Assembly (NCBI GenBank): GCA_043228905.1
Contig: JBHGNT010000015.1
Coordinates: 13,454,001-13,518,000, forward strand
Source of the DNA: Azolla caroliniana
Lineage: Eukaryota > Plantae > Polypodiophyta
Direction of reading: 5' to 3'
Length of the DNA: 64,000 nucleotides
Positions within the stretch are counted from its first letter, which is position 1, and every line of letters begins with the position of its first letter. A model generated the notes under the pieces. That model made no database searches. It was not told the origin of the DNA and was given only the letters and a program-made list of their open reading frames with translations. A program made the translations under genes and the position numbers. This document shows, piece by piece, positions 49,263 through 62,800 of this stretch.

Positions 49263-49544
49263 AGATGTGACAAAGGCTTGTTAGATCCGGGTTAGATGTG
49301 ACAGAGGCTTGTTAAACCTAGGTTAGATGTGATAGATCCGATTGTGAGGCCCGGGTTAGATGTGAGAGAGGCGCGTCAGACCCAGGTTGGGTTTTAGGTG
49401 CGCGCTTTTTGTGGACAGAGATTGAATGGTGCAAATCGCACGCGCCATTCAAAACGTGTGTCCTACACTATCTGTGTCCACGATGGATTTCCTCACCATC
49501 ACCAAGCCTAATGATTATGATTTGGTTGCAAATAGAAATGAGCA

Positions 49545-49680
49545 TACATACACTATACATATACATATATGTATATACATACATACATACAAATTGACAA
49601 TATGTACATATACATATGTAATGAGAATCATGTACATACATACATACATACATATTGATATGTATATCATATATGTGTAT
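49545..49680. repeat. Degenerate (TA/TACA)n microsatellite upstream of UTP14
   Basis: ATACATACACTATACATATACATATATGTATATACATACATAC... Confidence 0.8.
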
Positions 49681-49804
49681 GTTCTTCTGATGAAGGTTGA
49701 AGGCTGAAGAAGAAGGTTTAGACAGAAAGACAGAAGCCCTCCCCTGCTTCCCCTGCTGCTTCCTTCCCTGCCCTAATCTTCTCCGTCTTCGCGCTTTTGG
49801 AGCT

Positions 49805-50635
49805 ATGGGGCGTCGCCTTCCCCCACGGCAGAAAGAGCAGGGCCCAAATCCAAATCCAAAGCAGAAGAAGACGAAGAAGACGGCGTCGAAGAAGAAGACT
49901 CATAACAATAGGAATTCCAATGCAGACGATGGGAGGAAAGGGACTGGCCCTCGCCTCCCTGAAAGCCTGCGCAGGGAGCTCCACCTGCTAGACAAGGAGA
50001 AAGAAGAGGAGGCACTGGAGGCCCATCTGTCGGATGTGTATGAGTATGAAGAGGACGAAGCTCCGGAAGATTCTTGTAAGAACCGTCGATTCGATGATGT
50101 TGAACGACTTGAATACGAGCTTCCTTCCGACTTTGAGGTACCTTTGAAATCTGTTATTTTTTGCTATTTTTTCTGTCCACATACATACCCACATTTATGC
50201 ATCTAATGTACCATGCATTCTTGTATGTATATAACTATGAAGAATCTACTCTGGTCATGAATTCAAAGTTGTGTGGTTTTCTTTTCTGTGTGGCAAAGGA
50301 TGAGGATATCGATGAAACTGCAGCAGATGGGAAAGAAATTGGAAATCAGGTCAGAAATAGGGCAATTGCGAGGAAAGGGGAAAGAAAGAATCAACAAAAA
50401 ATAAGGAAAGGAGGGAAAGGGGAGGAAAGCGAGGACGACAAACTCAGCGATGGAGAATCCACTGAAGAAGTAGATAGTGATGATGTTGATCTTGATGTAG
50501 GTGATGACAGTGAAGAGGAGTCAGACATGTTCTGCCAAGGAGAAAGCAAGGCTGATGTGAATCATGAGGATGACAGTGATGAGGAGTTGGATAGCGATGA
50601 TATTGATGGTGGTGGTGGTGATGATGATGATAATG

Positions 50636-50672
<37 letters not shown>

Positions 50673-53600
50673 CGACGATTTAGATCATGAGAGGCATCAA
50701 AGGATGGTCCAGGATATTCGGAAAACTTCAAATGACAAGAATCAGAGTATATTTCTCCTTTACTTGTAACTCCAAAGTTTTGTTTAAATTGTGATTGTGT
50801 TTCCTTATCATTTAACCAGGTTTCATAGCTCTTGTGGACCTGTAAGTGTATTATTAACTCTGTCTTTGACAGGAAAGAAGGTGGACCATGTTGAATTGCT
50901 GTCAGAGGCCTTCCCTGAATCAGAGTTCAATATAAATCCCACACCTAATGCGAGTGATGGGCAGGGATTAATCACAGTGGAGGATCTGATAGCTCCCCTA
51001 CAAGGGACAACAGGATTTGGATCACTTCGTAAGAGAATGTACCAGTTGGACAAGAAGGGGAGCATTGTAAATGCACCTTTGTCTAAGGCTGTCCAAGAGA
51101 GGGTGGACAGAAAGGCTGGTTATGAGCAAACAAGCGAAGAAGTCTCGAAATGGCAGGAAATAGTGAAGACTAACAGAGAGGCACCCACACTTGTCTTCAC
51201 TCAGAGACCAGAGCTATCCGCTACATCCACTGCGGAGCTGGTTTCAAAGTTTGAACCATGTACTGATCTCGAAAAGCAGGTGGCCTCCCTTTTACAAGAA
51301 AATGGGTTTGCCACCTCAGCATTGGAACAGGAAAATGAACTTGGTTTTAACAAGGTAAGAAATTGCATACATAACACACATCTCTGGTTTGCTCGTAGGC
51401 ATGGTTGTTAAAAAACACATTCTTTTGTATAGATTACATCCTAGAATACATTCTAGAATACATCCTAGAATACATCCTAGAATACTGTGAGGTATTCAAC
51501 ACATTCTACATTTTAGAATTGCCATTTCAAAATGTTTCATGTCTTCCACATACTGCACAAGTAATTAACATTTCCGAAAAAATAATATTGACCAACAAAT
51601 GTTAGATGCATTACAAATGTAAGAAGTATTTAATGTATTATACATATTCTACCCCTATTCTATGTATTTAATGCATTTTGTCTTTGGAATATGTATTCTT
51701 AGTATTTTAAGAAAAGCTAGAATACTTTTAGAATACATAGCCATATGTTTCGTATGCATGTTGTGTCCTGAGTATTCTACAACTATTCTCTTAGGTTTCG
51801 GTGAACGAAGTGAAGGAGCGTCAGCAAAGGCTCGCGAAAATGCGCAGTGCTCTTTTCTATCATGAAGCAAAAGCTAAGCGGATGAAGAAAATAAAATCAA
51901 AGGCCTTTCACCGGCTTTTACAGAAGGATCAGAGAAGTCAAGCCAGTGGTGAAAATGAGTTTGATGCAGAATCTATGAAAGAGGAAGCTTTAAAGGCTGA
52001 ATTTAAAAGAGCACAGGTTTGCCAGCTACTCTACTTGTATGATTTGTTTTCTGAACAATTTTATTTTATTATTGTCAAGAGTTAACTGGGGTTCAGGTAT
52101 GTTTTATGATGATATCTTGATATTGTGAAGGTCATTTTTCTCATGATGTGTGTTTTCCTTGTTTTGATTTTAGGAAAGGATGACGTTAAAGCACAAGAAT
52201 ACTTCAAAGTGGGCGAAGAGGATCATTCAGAGAGGTTTGAAGGCAAAAGATGATGGGACCAGGGAAGCCATTGCCGAGCAACTGCGGGCCCATACGTCTT
52301 TGACAAGAAAAATGCATTCGACTGATATTGCTAGCTCAAGTGATGATTCTTCAGATGATGAAGATGCTGCATCAGATGCAATCGAAGCTAGCGATGGGCT
52401 TCCTTCTAAACAGAAGACGAAGTTATTGGCCAAAACTAAAATGGAGACACTGAAAGTGCTAGAAGGAGATGCAGAAGCAGAGATTCCAACTACTGGGCTC
52501 TTCTCGCTGCCATTTATGGTAAGTTATTTTTTAAAATGGATGTATTTGAATTGGGAGCTTTGAACATGTGCTTGTTCTTCTACAGGCTCGAGCAATTGAA
52601 AAAAAACGTCAAGAAGCTGCAAATGAGGCTGTTGCTGTTTTGGAACAGTTAGAACAGCTAGAATATGATGATGATGATGATCCCTGTGGTGGTTTCGAGT
52701 TCCAAGAAACACTGGAAGTCAATCGATCCTCAGGAAGGATCTCTTTTGGTACAATGGCAAAGCTGACTCCCCATGGCAATGACCAAGAACCAGAGATGCT
52801 TATTGAAGGAGATAGCAGCAGTGATGAAAGCAAGGTTCAGAAGGGCCATTCTCTGGTGCCGACTAATAGAAACACATTACAGCACAGGAAGACTAAAGTG
52901 GATAGAAATGGTGTGAAGCCTGGTTGCAATACATTACCTCTAGTTGTACCCCAAGAACAATCAATCAAATTCACTGAAGAATCTAATGGCGTTCACAACG
53001 AGTTTGAAGTAGGTGGGCTTACACATGTGCTAGATAGGCCTTGGCTTTTTGGGAAAGAGAATGAAGGAAGCCTATCTAATAATCTCCATCTGTTGACAAG
53101 TACAAGGAAGGAAAATATAACTTCTGTGGGTATTGAGTCAGTGGCTGTAGCTGGGGACATGTCTTCAAGGAAACGTGGAAGGCAAGAAAAAAAGGTCGAG
53201 AAAGCTCATACCGAATCTATCAATGTGGACGTGGTCTCTGTTGGCAAACCTGGAAAGTACCAATCAATTAATAGCAATTCAAATGAGGATGAGGGTGAGG
53301 ACGAGGATGAGGATGAAGGGATGGGCGAAGAAGAGTTCAGACCCCTAACAGGAAATGCATCACAGGCAGAGCTTGTCCATCGTGCATTTGCAGGGGACGA
53401 TGTTGAAGCAGATTTTGAACAGCTAAAAAGTCATGCTTTAAATGAAGAGGTCCCAATGGGTGAAGCTCATCCAGATCTTCCAGGATGGGGTCAGTGGACT
53501 AGCGTACAGAAGAAGAAAGGGCCGCCTGCCTGGATCTTGAAGGAGCAGGAGGAATTGAAGAGAAAACGTGATGAGGCACTGAAGAAGCGCAAAGATTTCA

Positions 53601-54097
53601 AGCTGAAACATGTTATTATCAGCGAAAAGGTGGACAAGAAGGTACAAGTATATCCATTGTATCTCTAACGTGATACATATCATTAGTCTAACAAGTAATC
53701 TGTGTTGTTTTGGATTGTGTTTGATTCTGATAGGCTGAGAAGTTCCTTGCTCCGTCTGTACCATTCCCGTTCAAATCCAGAGAGCTTTTTGAAAAAAGTA
53801 TCAGAATGCCATTGGGGCGTGAATTCAACACAGATGAAGCATTCCGTGACATGATTCGTCCAACAGTAAGTTTCTTTTTTTATGTAAATTTGGAATTATT
53901 GTTCTGACAACATAAAGTCATTTCACACTGTTCTTTTCGCAAAAAAGGTTGTGAAAGATGCTGGTGTCATAATTGATCCGATTAAGTATAAGATGTCTGA
54001 AGCAAAAACTGGAAATACAACTCCGGTGGCAGACGAGGGGAGAAAGAGCAAGAAAACAAGACTGAGTAAAGTTAATCAACCCAGAATAAGAGCATAA
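49805..54097 (+). CDS. UTP14: U3 snoRNA-associated protein 14 (SSU processome), 8 exons
   Basis: Exons 49805-50137, 50299-50746, 50873-51354, 51795-52016, 52174-52518, 52586-53641, 53734-53865, 53948-54097 with GT-AG introns. Utp14 motifs: RKAGYEQ...KWQEIVKTNREA, EAKAKRMKKIKSKAFHR, ERMTLKHKNTSKWAK, AFAGDDVEADF, LPGWGQW, HVIISEK, PFPFKS...FEKSIRMPLGREFN, GVIIDPI. Confidence 0.95.
50620..50678 (+). repeat. Coding (GAT)n microsatellite, poly-Asp in UTP14 exon 2
   Basis: GATGATGATGATAATGAGGATGATGAT...GACGACGAT. Confidence 0.9.
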
Positions 54098-54889
54098 TCC
54101 TCCGGGGAAAATATCAATTTTCTCAGCTAGTAGTATACTGTTCCTAGAAGATGAGGTCAGTGGTGTATATATCGGGATCTTAGTGAATCTTTTTTTCAAC
54201 TATTTTTGACATTGTCTTGAATGAGAAAATCAGGCTTGCCTTTCAGTTTGATTTGAGATGAACAGACCACATTGATTAAGGTTTTTCCTAATGTATTTGT
54301 GATTCGGATTATTTTCAGATGATTCATGAAACATGTATTGTTTAGTGACTCCAATTTCATAGCCTTGTCAAAACTATTCAATTTTTATGTTGGGAAGGAA
54401 TCCCCTCCCCCTCCCCCCCCCATATACAAGTTGTATGACATTGAGAGATGTTGCAGTCTTTCATTTGTGGGACATCTTTTGAATATTTTGAAGTAAAGTT
54501 TGGGTATAGTTGGTAGGATCTGGACTGTTTCACGAAGCCGGAAACTTAGTATTGTAACCCATCAAAGTTTATGTCTAATCATGATCGTGTGAGAACCATA
54601 ATAAATGGAACTTTTTTGCTGCCGGAGCATTTAAATGTCTATTTTGAAAAGGTTGTCAACTTTGCAAACATCCTAATTTATATAAACAATAAACAGAACA
54701 TAATCCTAATCCTGCAGGACATTGAAAGTGTGCATAGCACAATGTATTATACATTGCTCCTTAGGGGCATGTGTATCAGATGTAGAGTCCGAGTGAGGAA
54801 TAAGAATGGGAGAAGTTAGTAGTCTACTATAAGACAAACTAATCCTTATTGATATTTGTTGCCAGTATTGAGGAGGATCACAACCTAAT

Positions 54890-55497
54890 TATACTTGTAG
54901 ATTTAGTACACCTAAATTTGTCTACTATACATATATCTTATACTCAACTACTTAAGATTAGAAAGCAATAGGCAGCGAATACTGGTTTGAAGGGAAACAA
55001 TGCATCATGTCTTGTTGTATATGCAATGTAGTAGATTAAATCCATGTCCTCTGCAAGACGTCTATGATGTCTTTAGGGCTTAACTTTTTGAAGGTTTTTG
55101 CCAAGAGAAGCAGATTGAAGAATGAATGAAGGCTTGGAGTTTCAGTGTTACTGTTTGAAGGCGAAAGACTTAAAGCTTCAGAAATGCTTAAAGTATACTT
55201 GTAGATTTAGTACACCTAAATTTGTCTACTATACATATATCTTATACTCAACTACTTAAGATTAGAAAGCAATAGGCAGCGAATACTGGTTTGAAGGGAA
55301 ACAATGCATCATGTCTTGTTGTATATGCAATGTAGTAGATTAAATCCATGTCCTCTGCAAGACGTCTATGATGTCTTTAGGGCTTAACTTTTTGAAGGTT
55401 TTTGCCAAGAGAAGCAGATTGAAGAATGAATGAAGGCTTGGAGTTTCAGTGTTACTGTTTGAAGGCGAAAGACTTAAAGCTTCAGAAATGCTTAAAG
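54890..55497. repeat. Direct tandem duplication, 2 x 304 bp
   Basis: TATACTTGTAGATTTAGTACACC...GCTTAAAG begins at 54890 and 55194. Copies look identical by eye. Confidence 0.93.
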
Positions 55498-56643
55498 TTC
55501 GCCCAAGACTTCATGTGTACTTTACTAGTGGATGCAACACTAATACTGCAAAATGCTGTTGGTTGTTGACTAAAGATAAATACAAATTGATCTCTCAATA
55601 AAAAAACTAGAAACTTCAGAATGTAGAAAGCCCCAAAGCTAAAACAAAAGCAGAACAATATTCAATATGGGTATCTTATTAAGGTGATTAGTTGCTAATT
55701 TTTACTCTTATGATGATTTGATGATTATGTAAAGTAGTTAAATCTCTAGATGTGGTATATTCGGAAATTGCTAAACTTAAGAGTGGCATTATCAGAATTA
55801 TGGTAAACTAGAGTGACTTTCTATACCAAATTTCGAATAATTTACCAACATGAATCCATAAAGCACCACAACACCCCTTCTCATGTACAATGTTTTTCTC
55901 TGTGTGACTAGAGAAAGGAACAATCCATGAAAGACAACATATGGGGTGCCTCTTGGCTTTGCATCGTGCCTCTAGTATTATCTTTCATCCCTCACATCTT
56001 CTTTGTAATCCTCTTTTTTATACCAAATCCTATTGAAAATATAATTGTTTTAATTTTGTTTCACCTTCATGAGACACCATGCTTCCACTTTGTACAATAT
56101 GTATCATCTTATATTTTTTAGCACCACATATGTGTAACTCTTCAAAGTGTAGGAAGGTTATGCAAATAGAAAGTTGTAAGTCCATTTTAATAGGGAGATG
56201 TAAATATGCATGTAATGAGACAACGATCTCTCTAAAATAGAGTTCCAACATTTGAGACATCTCTAGTACTCTTTTCACTATTTTCATGAGAGTAGTGTAT
56301 ATATTAAAAACAATACAAGACAATACAAAACCCATTTTATATATTAAAAACGATACAAAACCCATTTTTTTGACATTCTACATTTATAGGGTTTTTATCA
56401 CAAAGTAAACCTTCAAAACTATTGTAAGACTAGCTAATTTATGAGGGAACTCCATCCATGTCAAGGTGCTTGTAGTGCTTGATTGTAAGAGCTGTTAAAA
56501 CAATATTGCTTCCTATGTATATGTTGTAGCATGTTTTGGAGACCCATCAAACCAAAACCCATTTATCCTAGTCAATTGTAAAGAAGATAAACCATAGTAG
56601 GTAATCAAACATCACCTTATATAATGCGGAGTGTAAAGGTTTT

Positions 56644-57030
56644 GCTCCTTGATTGAAGACTAGACAAGAATAAATAAAAGAAGAATGAATTACTAAGGAT
56701 ATGAGAGCGTGAAAGTTTTGTTGTTACTTTGCGAAGCCTCTCTTTGCATTTGTGATCTTGCAGATAACAATCTACCTTTTGAACTATAAGCTAGTCATAC
56801 AAAACTCCGATGTGCGAACTTTATCTTGATTTAGAGCTCCTTGATTGAAGACTAGACAAGAATAAATAAAAGAAGAATGACTTACTAAGGATATGAGAGT
56901 GTGAAAGTTTTGTTGTTATTTTGCGAAGCCTCTCTTTGCATTTTTTATCTTGTAGATAACAATCTACCTTTTGAACTACAAGCTAGTCATACAAAACTCC
57001 GATGTGCGAACTTTATCTTGATTTAGAGCT
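56644..57030. repeat. Direct tandem duplication, 2 x 192 bp, slightly diverged
   Basis: GCTCCTTGATTGAAGACTAGAC begins at 56644 and 56836, with a few substitutions between copies. Confidence 0.92.
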
Positions 57031-58155
57031 TACTAGAAGCTCTATTCTAAATGATTTAAACAAAGAAAATTTCAGAGCAAGAGAAGATAATTAGGTTTCA
57101 GAACTACACTTATTTTGGACTTTTGGGCTTTCAAATGACAAACCCTCATAAAGGTGCTACAAGTTCACTAATATGATGAAATTTGAACCTAAGTCACCAA
57201 AGTTTTTTGGGTTCAATGCACCAACTTCTGTAGCCATAATTAAATAGAACCTAGTTTCTATACAAAGAAACCATAAACAAACAAGCCAAAGGGCTCTTAC
57301 AATTTAGAATGAACTTATCTTAATACTCCTTTCAATATGTGTAGATATTCTTTGACCGCATGCCCACCGTTAAATACAAAGCATTGCACATATCTCAATT
57401 ATTAAGCATATCTCAATTACTAAGCAAACTCCAATATCTAAAAAATAGGAAAATGGTCTCCCAACTCTAATTTCGGGTCAACCTACGTGAATTGTACAGA
57501 CACCCATTGTCTTGGCATTAAATAACAATGTCATAAAACTTGCTAAATTTTAGAAAGATAACGATAAATATGATGAACAATCAAACATTGTATGAAATGA
57601 CAATTACTATCTTGCACTTTGACAATGCAAAAGAAACAATTGCCTATAGCTAGTCCACGACGTTTTAGAGGTAATACCAAAGTGACACCCCAAATCAACA
57701 CTCTCTACAAGTGGCAATCTAGAATGCCAACTATGTTTCAAGATCTGCCACCATCCATAATTAGTGCTATGTATCTTCCATCCATGTTCATGCTTAGATG
57801 ATAGTTGTTGAGGAGACTCAATGAAGCAATGATACAAGAGATTAGTAGTCCCTTGTAAAAAGATTCTTTGACCCATTCTTTGATCCCATAAACACCAATC
57901 AACCCAAAATTTCTCTTTAGTTTGTAGAGATGAAGGACATTGCATCACTGTTATATTTCGTAGTTGTTGCTAGATTAACACATAATTGGGAGAGATGTAT
58001 AATAATTGTCGTGCTTCAACAAACTCTAAAATTCCTTGAGACCTTGCCACAACTACATGTCCCACCTCTTTGAACCCTAAACGAAATAAGTGATTAAATT
58101 GAGGGCACAATCTCTAATTTCTAGGCTATATAATAACCAAGAAAACACAAGTAAC

Positions 58156-61100
58156 TTTTTTTTTTTTTTTTTCAAAATGAAGCTACTTTCCCATTAGTTA
58201 GGAAGGATTATTACATAGAGAGTCTACAAGGAGACTTATACACACATCGGGGAGTCTTCCTCCGATCAAGTAAAAGAAGATCAACCTACTTACAATGACT
58301 TGCGGCCTAACTTAATGTAAGAAGCTACCTATATCTAAGGCGATGGCCTTCAATGTTGCCTAGTATGAGTCGGCTCTTGGGGCCTACAACGAAGAGAGGG
58401 TGGCAGGTGAGTAGGAAACAACTAGCGTGGGGGCTGGTAATTCCACCTTGGGCCACTCTTGCCTTGCATCACCATAGGCGTGTTCCTCCATTTCTGCCAA
58501 AAGCGCAACCGGGCAGAGATCATGTCGTTGGAGTGGCTGCAAATCTCTTCCAGTTGCCCTCGTAGGCAGCTGATAATCGCGAACCATATGTCCATGATCA
58601 CTTCCTCTGGGGGCCGTATCGTACCTTGGAAAACCTTGAGGCAACACGCTTTCCATATGTACCACAAGGTGAAACCTGCAATCAGCATCCAGATTTCTGG
58701 AAACCTAGGGGATGCGGGCTGCAAGCTTCTTTCAAAACAGATCTTGACGATTTATCCTCTCTGCATACATAGCACCAACTATCCGCATTGACGGTGTCCG
58801 TCCACCCTTCGACCGAGTGACCAATCCATGCCGCAGCGCTCCACGAGGCTGTTCCTTCAACTTCACATGCCGCAAGGAGGCGAGTCGCTCTATCCCAGAT
58901 CTTTTGAGCTTGAGGGAAATCCCAGAGACAATGTCTTAGAGTCTCAATAGGTCGAGAGCACAGTGGGCAGCCTAACGGGCCGCCGCGTTTACCTAGCCAT
59001 TCACCAACGGGCACCACATTATGACCGATCTGCCACCAAAAGAGCTTGATCTTTTCAGGCATGTGGAGGCGCCAGAGACCTTTCCAAAAGGTAATGAGCG
59101 CCTCATCGGGGATGCCCAATGTTCGCCAGCCATTGCGAAGGGGGCTGCCCAGCTGTAGCTGCAAAGTCTGACCCAATTTAGTGGTGTAATCGAAGAAGTG
59201 ATGGAGTCTATCATCATGTTTCCATTTGAAATCCCTTGGGTCCCAATCTAGATCGACAAGGGGGCGACAACCATATACCCTTAACCTCCAATGGGGTTCC
59301 ACCTTAGCAACATCTGGGTCTGTCTTCCAGATGTTGTCAACCTGTGCCACCACTCAGATTGGGTGCCAAGAGCCCCTGCTTTGACTGTCCCCAAAAACTG
59401 TATCTCTCCCCGATCCACTCACACCCTTTAGCAACTTGACCATTCCAACCTCGTCAAAGAGACCGAACCATGCAGGTTCTCTCGCCTCCCCCATCGGAAC
59501 CCTGTCAACTGCCTCAGCTATCAGTCTCCGCATTTTCGTAGCTCCCTTGAGGGGAGGGAAAAGGTCCTCTTGGGCTCTTCCTGAAACAGCCATGCGTCTC
59601 CAATCGTCTATAGATAGGAGGCCTGTTTGTGCCAGCTTTCCCCATGCTAGGCCCTTAAGTTGCCCTAGCATCGTGTCGTCACTTGTTCGCACGTGAGGAT
59701 TCCAGAATAATGGCTGTCTAGTCCATTCAGTCAATGTCTCCGGGGTGTGTTTGACCAAATGTTGTTATAGATGGCACCATGCCCGCAAGATGGAGTTTGC
59801 GACCCTGTCCTCCGGATGGCAAGCTAGCTTGGGTGGGACTCCGCTCGTGCAGCACCAATTCAAGGAGTCGGGCCAAGGCCTACCATACTTGGGAGTCCTT
59901 GCTTGCAACCTGTTGCGAAGAAGTACCTTCCTGCACCCCTTAGCTAGCAGGAGGCAGCGAACCACCATTTTAGCCATCAATGAACGACTTTGCATTAAGG
60001 GGTCTATGAGGCCAAGCCCCCCTTTGGCCTGCGGTTGCGTTAACCAACACCATGACACTCTGGCAGCAACCCTTGGGTTGTCCTTACCTGACCATATAAA
60101 CCCCCTGATGGCAACCTTAATCGCGTGCAGACCTGCAGGGTCCATAATCCAGCAGGAGACTGAGTGCCACATGGTAGCGAGCAACACTTGGTTCGCAACA
60201 AGGACCCTACCAGTGAAGGATAGTTTAGATCTACTCCATTGGGTCAACTTCCTGTTTATTTTGGCTTGTACGTGGGCCAATTGCGCTCCCTTGGGGATTG
60301 ACCTCCCCATCGTAAATCCAAGGTACTTGAACGTCGTCCCATTAGGGACCCACATAAAATCGGCATGGGGTTGCCATCTTGGTTTCTCTCGTTCGCTGAA
60401 CCATAGGCCTTGGGTTTTATTCCAATTGATCTTGGCACCAGCCGCCTGACAAAAGTCCTCGACAAGATGTTCAGCCAGTTGCAGATTCTCCTCATCACCT
60501 TGCAAGAAAAGAACCGTATCGTCGGCATATTTAGATAACAACAAATCTTCAGTCGCATTGGGGATGGGCAATCCCCGCAGCCCGCTGGTTGGTGCTTGTA
60601 AGTAGGCGGAGAAAGCCTCGGTTACAAAGAGATAGAGATATGGGGCTAGGGGACAACCTTGCCTCACTGAGCGTTGTAGTTGGAAGGCGGGTCCCCTAGA
60701 ACCAGCCAACAGCACGCTACTCGTAGCTGTCCGGTAGAGTGCAGAAGTGCAATTCCTCCATTTTTGAGGTAGGCCCAAAGCTCACATCACATTTTACAAA
60801 AAGGGCCATAACACCCGGTCATAGGCCTTCTCGAAGTCTAACATCAGAATAGCCGAGCTCGATACGGAGCGGCCGGCCAATGCCATAGCTTCCCAAAGAA
60901 GCACCACATTATCAAAGATACACCCGTTCTTGACAAATCCAGTTTGATTGTCATGTATGATGTCCGGTAAGAAGCTTGCTAACCGTCGAGCTAGGACTTT
61001 AGCGAGTATCTTGTATGCCGTGTTAAGGATCGTGATTGGACGCCATTGGCACAACTCTAGGCTTCGCTCTGATGCTTTGGGGATGAGATATATCATCCCC

Positions 61101-62800
61101 TCAGCCAAACCAATTGGCATCTTTCCTGAGGACCAAATCTCTTGAACTCCGGCTTCCAAAGATGGGATGACACATTCCCAATGAATCTCGAAGAAATCTT
61201 GTGAGAGACCCTTGGGGCCGGGGCATGCACCCCTTCGCAATCCCCTAAGCGCCTTCGAGAGTTCTAAACGAGAGATGGGGCTATCGAGCACAACTTCCAT
61301 CGCCTGGGTTACCTTGGGGTGAATGCAAGACATCACTCGCTCAGCCAGCTCCGTGTGTTGCCTCACCTGCATAGGTGCGAGGAGGTCACGATAGTATTGT
61401 GTTGCCATTTCCAGAATCTTAGTCTTGTCCTCCGTTATCGAGCCGTCTGGTTTTCGCAACCCTTGTATACGTCCACCACCACCCTTGGGTGCCTTGTAGT
61501 GAAAGAAATGTTGGTTGACCTTGTCGTCTTTTCTAGCCCACCATGCTGCATTTCTTCGAAACAACATTCGGTTCTTCTCCAAAGTCCTTTCTTGTACCTT
61601 CATCTTTGCTTCCTCCAGCTTAGCTCTAGACCAAGTGTAACCAGGGTCTACCTGTAGCAGCCGTTGCGTTGCCGCAACGGCCTTAATTTTGTTTCAATGG
61701 CTCTAACATGCTGGAGGGCGCACTTGGTCTCCTGTTGTAAGAAGGAGGAGGAGAGGGCCAATTTTTTTTGCAAATCTTCGCTGGCTGATTCACTGCTCAT
61801 GGTGTCCTGCCATATACTTTGTAAACCGGCCTTCACCTCTTCATTCTTCATGATCTTTATGGGGATCTTCACATTGAGACTACCCTTGCTATCGTTGGGT
61901 GGGTTAAGGTCTAGTCTCACCGGTTGATGATCTGAAAAGGTAAGACCTGCCAAGATAGCAAAGGCGCCCCCAAGCTCTTTGAGGGATGAGCTGATGTATA
62001 TGTGATCAAGCCGTGCAAGACTACCGCCCCTAACATTCCCGACGGCTCTGGAAAAGTGCAGTGAATGTGAGCTTCTCCTAAGGGAAGAGCCCCATGTATC
62101 CTTCACCCCGATTTTGCCAATTAGGAAAGCCCATGAATCCAGCTCTGCACCATAAATAGGCCTCTGGGTCCCTCCTTTCCTATCTCCCAGGTGTTTAGTC
62201 ATGTTGAAATCACCTGCCATTACCCAAGCCTCAGCATCAGGTAATGTTGTCACTAACATCCTCCAAAAGATTGCTCTCTCGGGGGCTGAGTTAGGGGCAT
62301 AAATGTTTAGCACCCCAACTTGTAGGTGATTCCATTTCAGAAGCACGTATAAGGCCCGACCCTCCACCAACGTGCTAGATGATGTTACTTCGTATCGGGC
62401 CTTATCGCTGATCGAGATGCAGACCCCTCCTCTTTGGTGGAGGTCACCTTGTGCAGCTGACCACCATGTGGTCCACCCACCCGACAAGGGGTTTACTAAG
62501 CTCTGAGTTTGCTCTTGCGAGAGGTGGTGTTCCTACAAAAGCAATATGTCAATATGGCCCCCTATATTAAGGGGATTCAGCTCCTCCTGAAGTCTTCGAC
62601 ACTCTTGGTGTTGTCGGCCTCCACCAAGGCCCTGTACATTCCACGTTAGGATCCTCATCCGAAAGCGGTGACGCTGACGCCCATGTTCGGGCCGATCCCC
62701 ATGTTAAGGGGCAACCTAACACCTATTTTGGGGGGTATGGTCTCCACAGCAGGCTGCAAATCCCCTATGGGATTCTCAGCCGGTCGTTCACAAAAATTGG
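58156..62800 (-). mobile_element. 5'-truncated L1-clade LINE with decayed ORF2 (APE-RT-zf) and ORF1 tail
   Basis: T17 at 58156-58172 (poly-A tail). ORF2 starts at 62658 with MRILTWNVQGLGG, then NIYAPN, AGDFN, SDHQP (APE), WRPITILN, LDFEKAYD, RQGCPLAP, YADD (RT) and CPLC...ETLRHCLWD. Left boundary exact, right boundary approximate, no TSD found. Confidence 0.94.

Noticed and set aside
50444-50731. Poly-His ORF on the minus strand
   Set aside because: Antisense reading of the (GAT)n poly-Asp tract in UTP14.
51405-51605. ORF with ILEY repeats
   Set aside because: A 12-bp intronic tandem repeat (TAGAATACATCC) in UTP14 intron 3.
57400-58130. Possible decayed gene or transposase fragment (ORF 57607-57948), and similar at 62850-63900
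   Set aside because: No motif I can recognise in any frame. It needs a BLASTX or HMM search.
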